From contig CAVRBU010000001.1 in the NCBI GenBank assembly GCA_963719315.1, forward strand, positions 384,001 to 448,000: a DNA stretch of 64,000 nucleotides, written 5' to 3'. Numbering within the stretch: the stretch's first letter is position 1; each line of letters starts with the position of its first letter. Positions 52,060-64,000 of the stretch are shown here, piece by piece. This DNA comes from an uncultured Planctomycetota bacterium. GTDB taxonomy: Bacteria; Planctomycetota; Planctomycetia; Pirellulales; Lacipirellulaceae. The notes beneath the pieces are model-generated. The model was not told the DNA's origin. It saw only the letters and a list, made by a program, of their open reading frames with translations, and ran no database searches. The position numbers were made by a program, and so were the translations under genes.

Positions 52060-53577
52060 ATGCTTGTATTGCCTGCCGCCATCGGCACGTTTCTGTTGGT
52101 GAACGTACTCTGTGCATGCATTGCACTTGGAGTCGGGTTCGCTGCTGGCGTCTGGTTCTTGGGTGCAAAGCTGGCCAATACGCCTGGCCAAGATTCCGAA
52201 AAGATACTCACCGCCAAACAAACGGAAGCTGCCAAACGGGCCACCGAAAGGGCCGCGATGGCCGCTGCCCAGGTCGCTGACTTGGCCAAAAGCGTGGCCA
52301 GCGACGTCGGCGAGCATGCCGCCAAGATGAAGGCGATCTCCGCCGACTTGGCCGGCATCGATCGAGAATCCGCCGGTGCCGATGAGGCCATATTCTCGGC
52401 TATGGATCTAATACTCTCGGCCAACTTTGAGTTGCAGCAGCGGCTTGAGAAAGCCGAGCAGCAACTCGTCGTACAGGCCGCCGAAATCAAGGCCCATGAG
52501 TCGGAAGCGCGGACCGATTCGCTGACCGGCTTGTCCAATCGACGCGCCTTCGACGACGAACTCAAACGCCGCTTCAGCGAATGGCAGCGCAAGGGCACGC
52601 CCTGTACCCTCTTGTTGCTCGATATCGATTTCTTCAAAAAGTTCAACGACACGCATGGCCATCAGATCGGCGATGATGTCTTGCGACAGGTGGCTAAAGT
52701 CCTTAGCAGGCAGTCGCGGGAATACGATCTTCCGTGTCGCTACGGCGGCGAAGAGTTTGCCGTCATATTGCCGGCAACCGAGGCCGCCGAGGCCTGCATT
52801 GTGGCCGAGAGGATCCGGACCGCGATCGAGGCTTCCAACACCATTTGCAACGGCAAAGCGCTCAATGTTACCTGCAGCCTAGGCGTTTCTGAATTCGCGG
52901 CGGAAGACGATGTCGCCCGCCTGATCCGCCGGGCCGACGACGCACTCTATGTGTCGAAAAACGCCGGCCGCAATTGCGGTCATTGGAATACGGGCACAAA
53001 ACAAGTTCCAATTACGTCGCCGAATGAAGTGCTTCTAGTACCGGAACCAACCGTACGAGACAACACGGTAGAAGCCCTTGAGCTTGCGGAAATCCCCATC
53101 GCCACTGACGAAACGCGACCCGCTCCGACCGGGGCCAAGTTCATGCAGATTCTAAAGCGCCGAGTGACGGATAGTCATCGCTTCGGCATCCCCATCTCGG
53201 TCATGTACGTCAAGATCGAAGATTACGATCTCATCAGCCGCAAGTATGGGAAGCCGATCGCACGGCAATTAATGGACGCAATCGGGTCGGCATTTCAAAA
53301 AGTCCTCCGCGAAATGGATGTCATGGCGAAGCTCGAAAATGGCGAGTTTGTCGTCATGCTCCCCGGTAGCACGAAGCCGGAAGTTTCGCACGTCGTCAAG
53401 CGAATACGTTTGGCGGCGGCCAACTGTGTATTGCCGCTCGTCGATCATCAGCTTGAGGTTCGCTTCCAGCATGGAGTGGCCGAGCTCAAGAGCCATGAAA
53501 CTGCCCAAGATTTGCTGGCACGAGCCCGTCAGGCGCTGATCGAAGCCTTCAGCGTCTCGCAGCCGGTTGGCGTCTGA
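52060..53577 (+). CDS. Diguanylate cyclase (TM, coiled coil, active GGEEF, second degenerate GGDEF domain)
   Basis: DSLTGLSNRR, DIDFFKKFND.HGH..GD, RxxD I-site REYD, RYGGEEF; second domain KLENGEF. Confidence 0.92.
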   Translation: MLVLPAAIGTFLLVNVLCACIALGVGFAAGVWFLGAKLANTPGQDSEKILTAKQTEAAKRATERAAMAAAQVADLAKSVASDVGEHAAKMKAISADLAGIDRESAGADEAIFSAMDLILSANFELQQRLEKAEQQLVVQAAEIKAHESEARTDSLTGLSNRRAFDDELKRRFSEWQRKGTPCTLLLLDIDFFKKFNDTHGHQIGDDVLRQVAKVLSRQSREYDLPCRYGGEEFAVILPATEAAEACIVAERIRTAIEASNTICNGKALNVTCSLGVSEFAAEDDVARLIRRADDALYVSKNAGRNCGHWNTGTKQVPITSPNEVLLVPEPTVRDNTVEALELAEIPIATDETRPAPTGAKFMQILKRRVTDSHRFGIPISVMYVKIEDYDLISRKYGKPIARQLMDAIGSAFQKVLREMDVMAKLENGEFVVMLPGSTKPEVSHVVKRIRLAAANCVLPLVDHQLEVRFQHGVAELKSHETAQDLLARARQALIEAFSVSQPVGV

Positions 53578-53678
53578 TGATCGCCGCCGCCTTCGAACCG
53601 ACGCATCGCTAGCCGGTCGCTCGATTCGCGTGGTATGATTCGCGCGTTCCAGGTTACAACGCGTCGGCGACAGGTATC

Positions 53679-54080
53679 ATGGCCAAATCGGATCCGTCCA
53701 TCGAAACGCGCCGCGCACGATCGCTGCTCTCCTTGCCACGCTTTCAGTTCAGCCTCGCGTGGCTGATGATCGCCGTCACGATTGTCGCGGTAATTCTTGG
53801 CCTCGGGGCCTCACTTGGATCGGTCTTCGGAGTCGCATTTTATGTGTTTTATTTGCTCGTGCGCTGCGTGGTTCCCACGCCGCTCGTGATCTGTGCGATT
53901 TTCGGCCGCGGCCTTTTGCGCGCGTTTGCAATTGGCGCACTCGTGCCGTGGGTGATGATTATTCCTGGAGAGGCCAACCCCGGCTCATTGATTTCCTTGA
54001 TCATGGTGCTCATTTGCTCCGCCGCCTGTGGCTTTCTTGCCGCCGCAACATGGCGGTGGGTTCGGCGGACTGATGCCTAG
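53679..54080 (+). CDS. Hypothetical membrane protein
   Basis: RFQFSLAWLMIAVT planctomycete-type N-terminus; about four TM segments. Confidence 0.75.
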   Translation: MAKSDPSIETRRARSLLSLPRFQFSLAWLMIAVTIVAVILGLGASLGSVFGVAFYVFYLLVRCVVPTPLVICAIFGRGLLRAFAIGALVPWVMIIPGEANPGSLISLIMVLICSAACGFLAAATWRWVRRTDA

Positions 54081-54158
54081 ATCGAGAGCCGCCGTAGAAT
54101 TGCCCATTTTAACGCCTTGTGGCTCACTGGGATTCGCAAAACATTTCTGAAATGCCCC

Positions 54159-54230
54159 TTGCCGGGCGGCAAATGATCCGTAAAATCTAGTTCGCACGCG
54201 TTTGACACGGTCACCTGCGGCCGTTATATT
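54159..54230 (+). promoter_or_regulatory. Tandem rRNA promoters
   Basis: TTGCCG-N16-TAAAAT (54159-54186) and TTGACA-N17-TATATT (54202-54230). Confidence 0.7.
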
Positions 54231-54466
54231 CTGCGATTCCTCCGAAGGGGCCGCCTCGTTTAGGTCGCTCATCGGCGGAGATGCCACCGCAAGTGGCCAG
54301 AGGCTGGTAAGGCAGCTCGATCCAGGAGGGATTCATCCTGCCTTGTCGGCCTCTGTCCATTGGCAAATCGTACGTCGCGCTTGTTAGCTCGGCCCGGTTT
54401 GGCTAATCCAGGCTCGGTAGATTGTGACCGAGTAACCGGCTGTTTTGGAAACAACGCGGCCGCGAA

Positions 54467-54479
54467 TGTTCTTTGACAA
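54467..54479 (+). promoter_or_regulatory. rrn boxA antiterminator
   Basis: TGTTCTTTGACAA in the rRNA leader. Confidence 0.75.
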
Positions 54480-54705
54480 TTTGGTTTAGAAGCAAGAGTG
54501 GCATCTTTGCTAAGTCCGCCTTTGGCGGATTTGGCCAAGACTCTTTTTTTGTCCTTAGATAATTTGTTTTGTTTTGAGCGTTACTCGTCCAAGTCGCCTT
54601 CGCCGGCAACTTGGACATCTATGTAGCGTGAGTCAGGATATGCAACCGACTCACCCAGCATTTCTCGATCGGTTTCTGGCTAATAGCTAAGAGCGTTCGA
54701 TAAAT

Positions 54706-57635
<2,930 letters not shown>

Positions 57636-57898
57636 ATTTATCTAACGCTCTTTGCGGAGGGATGAGGATTCAGGAATACAGGGGTGGGGGATCGTGTTTG
57701 TTCCCTTACCAACTGCATGCCTGGTTCGCGTCCCGAACAAGAATCAAAGGACAAATGGAAGGATCGAGCGGCAAGGATCGAGGATTGAGGTCAGCCCCCT
57801 GACCTTTGTTCCCCCGTATCCTGTCCCCTCATCCGCCACTCTTGCAACCAAACCAAATCAACCCAGGTTTGCAGCGCCTGACCGCGCTGCGAACCTCT

Positions 57899-58006
57899 TC
57901 TGGCGACCATACCGGAAAGGAAACACCTGTTCCCATCCCGAACACAGCCGTTAAGCTCTCCGGGCCGATGATAGTGCCTACCAGCGCGAAAGTAGGTATC
58001 GCCAGG
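57899..58006 (+). rRNA. rrf: 5S ribosomal RNA (operon copy)
   Basis: CTGGCGACCATA..CCCATCCCGAACACAG..GAAAGTAGGTATCGCCAG. Confidence 0.95.
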
Positions 58007-58016
58007 TTTTATTTTC

Positions 58017-58056
58017 AAAAGCCCCGCCGACTCAACCGAGTCGGGCGGGGTTTTTT
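58017..58056 (+). terminator. rRNA operon terminator
   Basis: AAAAGCCCCGCCGACTC-AACC-GAGTCGGGCGGGG-TTTTTT. Confidence 0.9.
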
Positions 58057-58199
58057 GTTTCCGTTTCCTTGGATGCGCGAGGGTCGACCCCTGCGTTTTT
58101 AAGAAGCCTCGCACATGTGTTACAATGGCGGTGGTACAGGGGCAATAAAATTCACAGGCGCCGACAGAAGTTTCAACACTTCCAGCGCTCCATTCATCA

Positions 58200-59889
58200 A
58201 TGAAAGCCATCAATCTACGCACATCACTAGGCTTCGTGATCTGCAGTGCCATCGCCGCCGTCGGCCAGCGGGTGCATGCATTCACCCCCATCTACGGCGG
58301 CCCGGAGTACGACGCGTTCACAGAGAGCGGCTACCTCAACCCATCTCAGGGTTATTTCTCGCTTGTCAATGGCGCACTGCTCCGCGGGAATTCCGTCAAC
58401 AACAGTGGCCTCGCCGTAGGAACCGCCGACCGCTATTACTTCGGCAGCGGTCATAATCCTCGCGCCGTTCGTTGGAATTCCTCCACTCCGCCTGTGGAAC
58501 TGACTCCGCTGGGCGTCAGTTCGAGCCTTTCCGATAGCTACGCCGTCGCCATCAATAGCGCCGGAACAACGATCGGTTATGCGGAAAAACAATTGTCTGG
58601 CTACCGGGCTGTGCGCTGGGATGCTTCCGGCATCGCCCCCACAGAGCTCGGCCACCTTGGTACCGATAGCTCCGGAATCACCTACTCGCACGCCGTCGCT
58701 CTCAACCAGAGCGGCACAGCCGTCGGCTTCGCAGTGAAGTACGATGGAGGAATCGAGTATGGCACACGCGCGGTGCGGTGGAGTGCCGCCGGCATAGCAG
58801 CCACTGAGCTTGATCATCTGGGAACCGATCAGAACGGCCGCACCGACAGTCGCGCTTACGCTATCAACGACAGTGGCGTCACAGTCGGTGCCGCCCTCTT
58901 CTACGATGCCGGAATTGAGATGGGATACAGGGCCGTCCGTTGGGACGCTTCCGGCACAACGGCTACCCAGCTCGGCCATCTCGGCGCGTCATTATTCGAT
59001 GGCCTTACGGAAAGCGAAGCCTGGGCAGTCAATTCGAGCGGCACCGCGATCGGTTGGGCTCTAAAAAATGGAGGCAGTCGAGAGACTCTGCAAGACCACG
59101 AAGTCCGCGCAGTCCGCTGGGATGCCGGCAGCATCGTTGCCACCGAGCTTGGCGACCTGGGGCTCGATTTCAGCGGCCGCACGCGAACCGATGCTCGCGC
59201 GATCAACGACAGCGGAACGATTGTCGGTGACGCCATTAGGTACGAACCAGTCACCCATGCAAATCTAGGCGCCGCGCAGTCCGCTGGGACAACTCCGGCA
59301 CGGCGGCCGTCGAGTTAGGCCACCTCGGCACCAACCCTGCTGGCGTCACCACCAGTGATGCCTACGATGTAAACAATGCCGGCGTCGCGGTCGGTACAGC
59401 CGATCTATGGTCGGGATCGACGTCGCTCGGCCCCCGCGCCGTTGCTTGGAAAAACGATGGCCTCGCCATCGACCTGAACTCCTTAATCGAACCGTCCAGC
59501 GGTTGGATTCTGTATCGCGCCTATTCAATCAGCGACACCGGGTGGATTACCGGGGTCGGCGGCTACGATCCCGCCGGTCCGCCAGCCCGCTACGATCGCC
59601 TTTTCCTCTTGCGCGTCCCCGACTTCGCCGCAACTCTCGCCGACGACTACAACCACAATGGAACTGTCGACGCCGCCGACTACGTCCTATGGCGCAAGAC
59701 GGACATCAACTCAGCCCAAGGCTACGCCGACTGGCGCAGAATTTCGGCGCAACAATCGCTAACGCCGCGCTTGCCCATCCCATTCCCGAACCCGCCCGCG
59801 TGTCGCTCCTTCAACTCAGCATCTTAATCTTTCTCTGGCGACCATCCAGGAAAGGAAACGCTTGTTCCCATGCCGAACACAGCCGTTAA
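58200..59889 (+). CDS. Repeat-containing (HAF-like, probable beta-propeller) PEP-CTERM protein; apparent frameshifts ~59271 and ~59737
   Basis: Six to seven RAVRW..SG...TELGHLG..S.A.AIN.SG..VG repeats; DYNHNGTVDAADYVLWR; IPEP+hydrophobic+WRPSRK; stop lies inside the second 5S copy. Confidence 0.8.
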
Positions 59890-59941
59890 GCTTTCCGGGC
59901 CGATGATAGTGCCTACCAGCGCGAAAGTAGGTATCGTCAGG
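59834..59941 (+). rRNA. rrf: Second, diverged 5S rRNA copy (function uncertain)
   Basis: Collinear with 57899-58006; 7 substitutions by manual alignment. Confidence 0.8.
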
Positions 59942-60081
59942 TTTTATTACCTGGAGATCGGCATTGAAACGGGACCCACCTGGGGTGCGGAATCGGCATT
60001 GAAAAGGGACCCACCGCAGCGGACTTCGTAAGCTGGATTCCCGGTTTTTAAACTGGGGAATTCAGCGAAGCGGAGTCAAGG

Positions 60082-61600
60082 ATGCTGAAGGTGGAGGATT
60101 ACGGCAGGATACGTCGTGCTCATCGCGATGGCATGAGCATTCGGGAGATCGCCCGGACGTTTGGGCATTCGCGACGAAAGATCCGCGAGGCACTGGCGCA
60201 GGCAGAGTCGCGGCCTTACACGCTGTCGCTACCGCGACCGCGGCGGGTGCTGACCGATGTGCACCAGCAATGGATCGGCGCGATTCTCGTCGAAGATGAG
60301 CAGGCGCCTCGCAAGCAACGTCACACAGGAGCGCAACTCTTTCGGCGGCTGCGGGACGAAGAGCAGTACGTCGGCAGCTACGACCAGGTGCGAAGGTACG
60401 TGGCCGCGACGCGGGGGCGGCAGCGCGAAACGTTTCTCCCTTTGTCGTACGAGCCAGGCCAACGGGCCGAGAGCGACTTCGGTCAGATCTGGGTCGACTT
60501 CCCGGAAGGCAGGCGCCAGGTTCCGATCCTGCTGGTGACGTGGGCCTACTCAAACGCCACCTTTATGATTGCGCTGCCGAGCGAAAAGACCGAGGCGATC
60601 CTGCATGGCACGGTGGCGGCGTTTGCGTTTTTTCGTTGCGTGCCCAAAGAACTGTGGTGGGATAATCCAAGAACCGTTGCGACCACGATTCTGCGTGGCC
60701 GCCAACGGGAGTTGAACCAGCGCTGGCAGGCGCTGGCCAGTCACTACAACTTCGAGCCGTTGTTCTGCCTGCCGGCTCGCGGTAACGAAAAGCCGCACGT
60801 CGAGAACCGGGTGAAGCTGTTGGAGCGCCAGTGGGCGACGCCGGTCCCTCAAGTGAAGGATCTGACAGAGCTAAATGCCTACCTGCTTCAATGCTGCGAG
60901 CGGGATGCTCGGCGGACGATTGCGGGCCACAGCGAAACGATCGGCGCACGCTTCGCGACAGAGCAGATTACGCGCCTTGCCGCTGCCCGAGCGCCCGTTT
61001 GAAGCCGCCGTGAGCGAGGTCCGTCAAGTCGACAAGTACCAGACGGTCGCCTGGGAGAAGAATCGCTACAGCGTGCCGCGGCGGCATGCGTTCGCCACGG
61101 TCACGGTAAAAGCCACTATCGATCGCATCGAAGTCATCCGCGACGGCCAGCGGATTGCCCGGCACGAGCGCTCCTACGGACAGGGCGAGCAAGTGCTCGA
61201 TCCGCTGCACTACCTGTCCACTCTGGGAGTGAAGCCAGCCTATTTGGATCACACTGACGTCTACCGCAATTGGCGTCTGCCGGCGGCGTTTACCCAGTTG
61301 CGCGAACATTTTGAAACACGCCACGGATCGTTGCCGGGCGCTGGGCAATTCATCCGCGTGCTGCAGCTGTTGGCAGAGCACCCGCTGACTCGGGTTGAGC
61401 AGGCCATCCAGGCCTGCCGCGGCGACGGCGTCGTCACGGCCGAGCGGATTGCTGGGCTCTGCGAGCGACTGGCGCGTGCGCTCCACCCGCGGCGAAGCGA
61501 ACCTAATCGGGCAGCTGCGATCGATTCCTGCGGTGCAAGTCCCGCTGCCGGACTTGCGCCGCTTTGACTCGTTACTCTCTCACGGAGGAGAAGATCATGG
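60082..61600 (+). CDS. istA: IS21 transposase IstA; apparent frameshifts ~60975 and ~61490; end approximate
   Basis: GMSIREIAR HTH, PGQRAESDFG, WWDN, GNEKPHVE, NRYSVP. Confidence 0.9.
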
Positions 61601-62367
61601 CCCAGAAAGAAACGCCCCTGTTACTGCGTTCGAACCTCAAGGCGCTACGCCTGCCGACGATGCTGGCCGAGTATGGCAAGCTCGCCGGGGAAGCGACCAA
61701 CAGCAACCAGGACTACCTCGACTATCTGTTGCGCCTGACGGAGTTGGAGTTAGCCACACGCAGTGCCAATGCTCTGCAGGCGCGCATTAAACAGGCTGGC
61801 TTCCCGGTGCAGAAGGACCTCGATGCATTCGACTTTAGCGCGGCGCCCGGCCTCTCGAAGCCCAAGATCCTGGAACTGGCCCGCTGCGGCTGGATTGATC
61901 AGCGTCAGAACTGCTGCCTGTTGGGTAGTTCGGGAACTGGAAAAACGCATCTGGCCATCGCCTTGGGCCTGGCCGCCTGCCGACTGGGCAAGCGAGTCCG
62001 CTTCTTTACCGCTGCCACACTGGTCAATCGCTTGGAAGAGACGCAGAAGCAGTACCAGCTCGAGCGATTGTTGAAGCAGCTCGACAAGCTCGATCTGCTT
62101 GTCTGCGACGAGCTCGGTTATCTCTCGTTCAATCGCAGCGGAGCGGAACTGCTGTTCCAGGTATTCGCCGATCGCTACGAGCGATCCAGCCTGTTGATCA
62201 CCAGCAACTTGCCGTTCAGCGAATGGCAGCAGGTGTTTCAGGGAGAACGGATGACAGCTGCTCTCTTGGACCGGCTGACGCACCACTGCGAAATCTTTGA
62301 GATGAACGGTGAAAGCTACCGCTTCCGGGAGTCGATGAAACAAAAGCGAACCACCAAGGGCAAGTAG
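61597..62367 (+). CDS. istB: IS21 helper ATPase IstB
   Basis: LKALRLP, GSSGTGKTHLA, DELGY, ITSNLPFSEW, LLDRLTHH, GESYR; GGAGG RBS. Confidence 0.95.
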   Translation: MAQKETPLLLRSNLKALRLPTMLAEYGKLAGEATNSNQDYLDYLLRLTELELATRSANALQARIKQAGFPVQKDLDAFDFSAAPGLSKPKILELARCGWIDQRQNCCLLGSSGTGKTHLAIALGLAACRLGKRVRFFTAATLVNRLEETQKQYQLERLLKQLDKLDLLVCDELGYLSFNRSGAELLFQVFADRYERSSLLITSNLPFSEWQQVFQGERMTAALLDRLTHHCEIFEMNGESYRFRESMKQKRTTKGK

Positions 62368-62565
62368 CTTTCGGGCGACCCGTCGGCAAAACGTTCGCAA
62401 ATCGCGCGCAACAAAATGGAGAGTTTACTCTAACCCATTAAGTGAACTAACGGAGGCGGCCGCGCGAGACCTTCGAAGGGTCTCGCGGGCCGCTCCCCAA
62501 CTAACCAGGTGGGCCCAGATTCAACGCCCAGGTGGGTCCCATTTCAATGCCGATCTCCAATTACC

Positions 62566-62604
62566 AAAAGCCCCGCCGACTCAACCGAGTCGAGCGGGGT
62601 TTTT
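62566..62604 (+). terminator. Duplicate of the rRNA terminator
   Basis: AAAAGCCCCGCCGACTCAACCGAGTCGAGCGGGGTTTTT; one substitution versus 58017-58056. Confidence 0.9.
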
Positions 62605-62612
62605 GCATGGAA

Positions 62613-62706
62613 ATTCCCCTCCCTTGAAGGGAGGGGCCAGGGGAGGGATGATTGAATTGTCCTAATCCCAGCTCCCTCTCGCTCTGAGAGAGCCGGGGTA
62701 AGGGTG
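62613..62706. repeat. Two CCCTC...GAGGG REP-like palindromes
   Basis: CCCCTCCCTTGAAGGGAGGGGCCAGGGGAGGG and CCCTCTCGCTCTGAGAGAGCCGGGGTAAGGG; same type as the insert in glnS at ~27558-27596. Confidence 0.65.
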
Positions 62707-62745
62707 CCTTGAAATCCGACAATAAGTTGATCTGCGTGAAATACC

Positions 62746-63099
62746 ATGGGCCTCACCTACGTCGACGCCACTGTCACCGGCCCCACAGATAAGTCGCGCG
62801 AACTTCAACTTCTCGTCGACAGCGGCGCCAGTTACTCGCTGCTTCCGGAAGAAGTTTGGCAAGACCTCGAAATCAAGCCGCTGGAGAAGCTCGATTTTAT
62901 TCTGGCTGACGGCACGAAAATCCAACGCCGCGCCTCCGAGTGCAAAATCCGCCTCAACGGCAAAGAACGCCATACTCCAGTTATCCTTGGCGAAGCCGGC
63001 GATGAACCTTTGCTCGGCGTCATTACCCTCGAAAACCTCGGCCTCGTGCTCGACCCATTCAAACGCGAACTGCGGCCAATGAGGCTGCGATTGGGTTAA
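62746..63099 (+). CDS. Clan AA (retropepsin-like) aspartyl protease family protein
   Basis: LLVDSGASYSLLP catalytic motif; PLLGVITLE.LGL.LDP. Confidence 0.88.
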   Translation: MGLTYVDATVTGPTDKSRELQLLVDSGASYSLLPEEVWQDLEIKPLEKLDFILADGTKIQRRASECKIRLNGKERHTPVILGEAGDEPLLGVITLENLGLVLDPFKRELRPMRLRLG

Positions 63100-63118
63100 T
63101 GCACCACGGTCCCAACGC

Positions 63119-63721
63119 ATGACCAATGCCATGAATGACCAGCCAACCAATCTCGACGGCATCGACCAGCAAATCCGCATCAATGAACTTCGCGAAGCGG
63201 CCCGCGAAGCGGCCCGCGGCGAAATGACCGCTTGGGAAAACCCCGATACGCCGCCCGAAATCGCCGAGCAGTTCTGGGGCAACGTCCTCGCGTACGAGTC
63301 CGCCGGTGAAACGTGCCACTTCTACCAACTCGCCGAACAGGGCATCGAACTCCCGGCCCCGGAAGAGCTCGATGACTCCGCGCTCTCCGCCAAACTCTGG
63401 GAAATCATTCGTGGCTTGGCGAAATTAAACGTCTTCCTTTCGCAAACCGATCACTGGAACGATCGCGAACTATACGAGCACCTCTGGCACGAAACGCTCC
63501 ACGAAGTAACGATGGACTTCCCGCCCAATTCCGGCTGGAACTGTCACATCGACTTTCTCTCCAGCGGCAGCGACGAAGACAACGAGCTCTACCTGAAATA
63601 CTATGCCGACGACGAGTGGCGCGAACAATGGCACAAAGACTGGCCCAACGACGTGATTCCGCCCCACGTCGCCCCGCCCTACGACCGTGACAGGAAGCTT
63701 CCGAAGTCGCCGCAATTCTGA
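63119..63721 (+). CDS. Acidic hypothetical protein
   Basis: 200-aa ORF with host-like codon pattern; TDHWNDRELY, PPYDRDRKLP. Confidence 0.8.
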   Translation: MTNAMNDQPTNLDGIDQQIRINELREAAREAARGEMTAWENPDTPPEIAEQFWGNVLAYESAGETCHFYQLAEQGIELPAPEELDDSALSAKLWEIIRGLAKLNVFLSQTDHWNDRELYEHLWHETLHEVTMDFPPNSGWNCHIDFLSSGSDEDNELYLKYYADDEWREQWHKDWPNDVIPPHVAPPYDRDRKLPKSPQF

Positions 63722-63747
63722 GGCGTCGTACCCGCGCAGCCGGAAAA

Positions 63748-63785
63748 TGCCTATCTCAGCGCGAAAGTCGGTATCGCCAGGTTTT
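63748..63785 (+). repeat. 3'-end fragment of the 5S rRNA gene
   Basis: TGCCTATCTCAGCGCGAAAGTCGGTATCGCCAGGTTTT versus TGCCTACCAGCGCGAAAGTAGGTATCGCCAGGTTTT. Confidence 0.85.
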
Positions 63786-63928
63786 TTGTTTGAGCCGGAG
63801 CTTCTTCTATAATTCGGCGATTCATTTTCCCAAGAATTCTCGGAGTGCGATTACGATATTGTCTCCAATCGTGGGAAAATATCCGGCGGCAGGCGTCTAT
63901 CTTCTGACCACGGGCTTCCACATTGCCG

Positions 63929-64000
63929 ATGCAAGTTGCCGACCAAGAATTGCTAACGCGGTTGTTGGATGAGCACAGCGCGGCTCTTGTGCTGTATGCA
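63929..64000 (+). CDS. Probable ECF sigma factor, 5' fragment
   Basis: MQVADQELLTRLLDEHSAALVLYA resembles the start of sigma-70 region 2; only 24 codons visible. Confidence 0.5.
   Translation, partial: MQVADQELLTRLLDEHSAALVLYA

Larger units (their letters stand above)
59952..62559 (+). mobile_element. IS21-family insertion sequence
   Basis: TG...CA ends; IRs TGGAGATCGGCATTGAAA.GGGACCCACC with internal reiterations; 6-bp duplication ATTACC at 59946-59951 and 62560-62565; istA+istB. Confidence 0.95.

Overview
GC-rich bacterial chromosome window, almost certainly from a planctomycete (Pirellulales-like). The support is DUF1559 proteins, PEP-CTERM proteins with GDYN..DAADY..WR modules, DUF1570, a multi-TM Ser/Thr kinase and a 23S-5S operon without 16S. 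Housekeeping and signalling genes (thpR, pfkB-type kinase, RND pump, motAB, glnS, queD, cls, algH, trpE, mcsAB, rtcB, a diguanylate cyclase) are interspersed with small accessory inserts. About 15 apparent 1-2 nt frameshifts, including one in glnS, look like long-read consensus errors, and most sit at GCGC. Most notable structure: (1) after the 23S-5S operon the 5S gene is reiterated as a near-full diverged copy with its terminator and again as a 3'-end fragment, each copy closing off a cargo segment with no integrase; a PEP-CTERM gene ends inside the second 5S copy and an IS21 sits between that copy and its terminator; (2) the same pattern at rtcB, whose last ~24 codons recur as a synonymously diverged copy beyond an AbiEii-type toxin-antitoxin-like pair; (3) inverted heptamer-repeat arrays that bracket a four-helix-bundle gene, occur empty between genes and are inserted in-frame in glnS; (4) two MITE families carrying REP-like doublets, one with exact 8-bp target duplications; (5) a candidate sRNA or small-ORF transcript divergent from rtcB. 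All calls come from reading the sequence; no searches were run.
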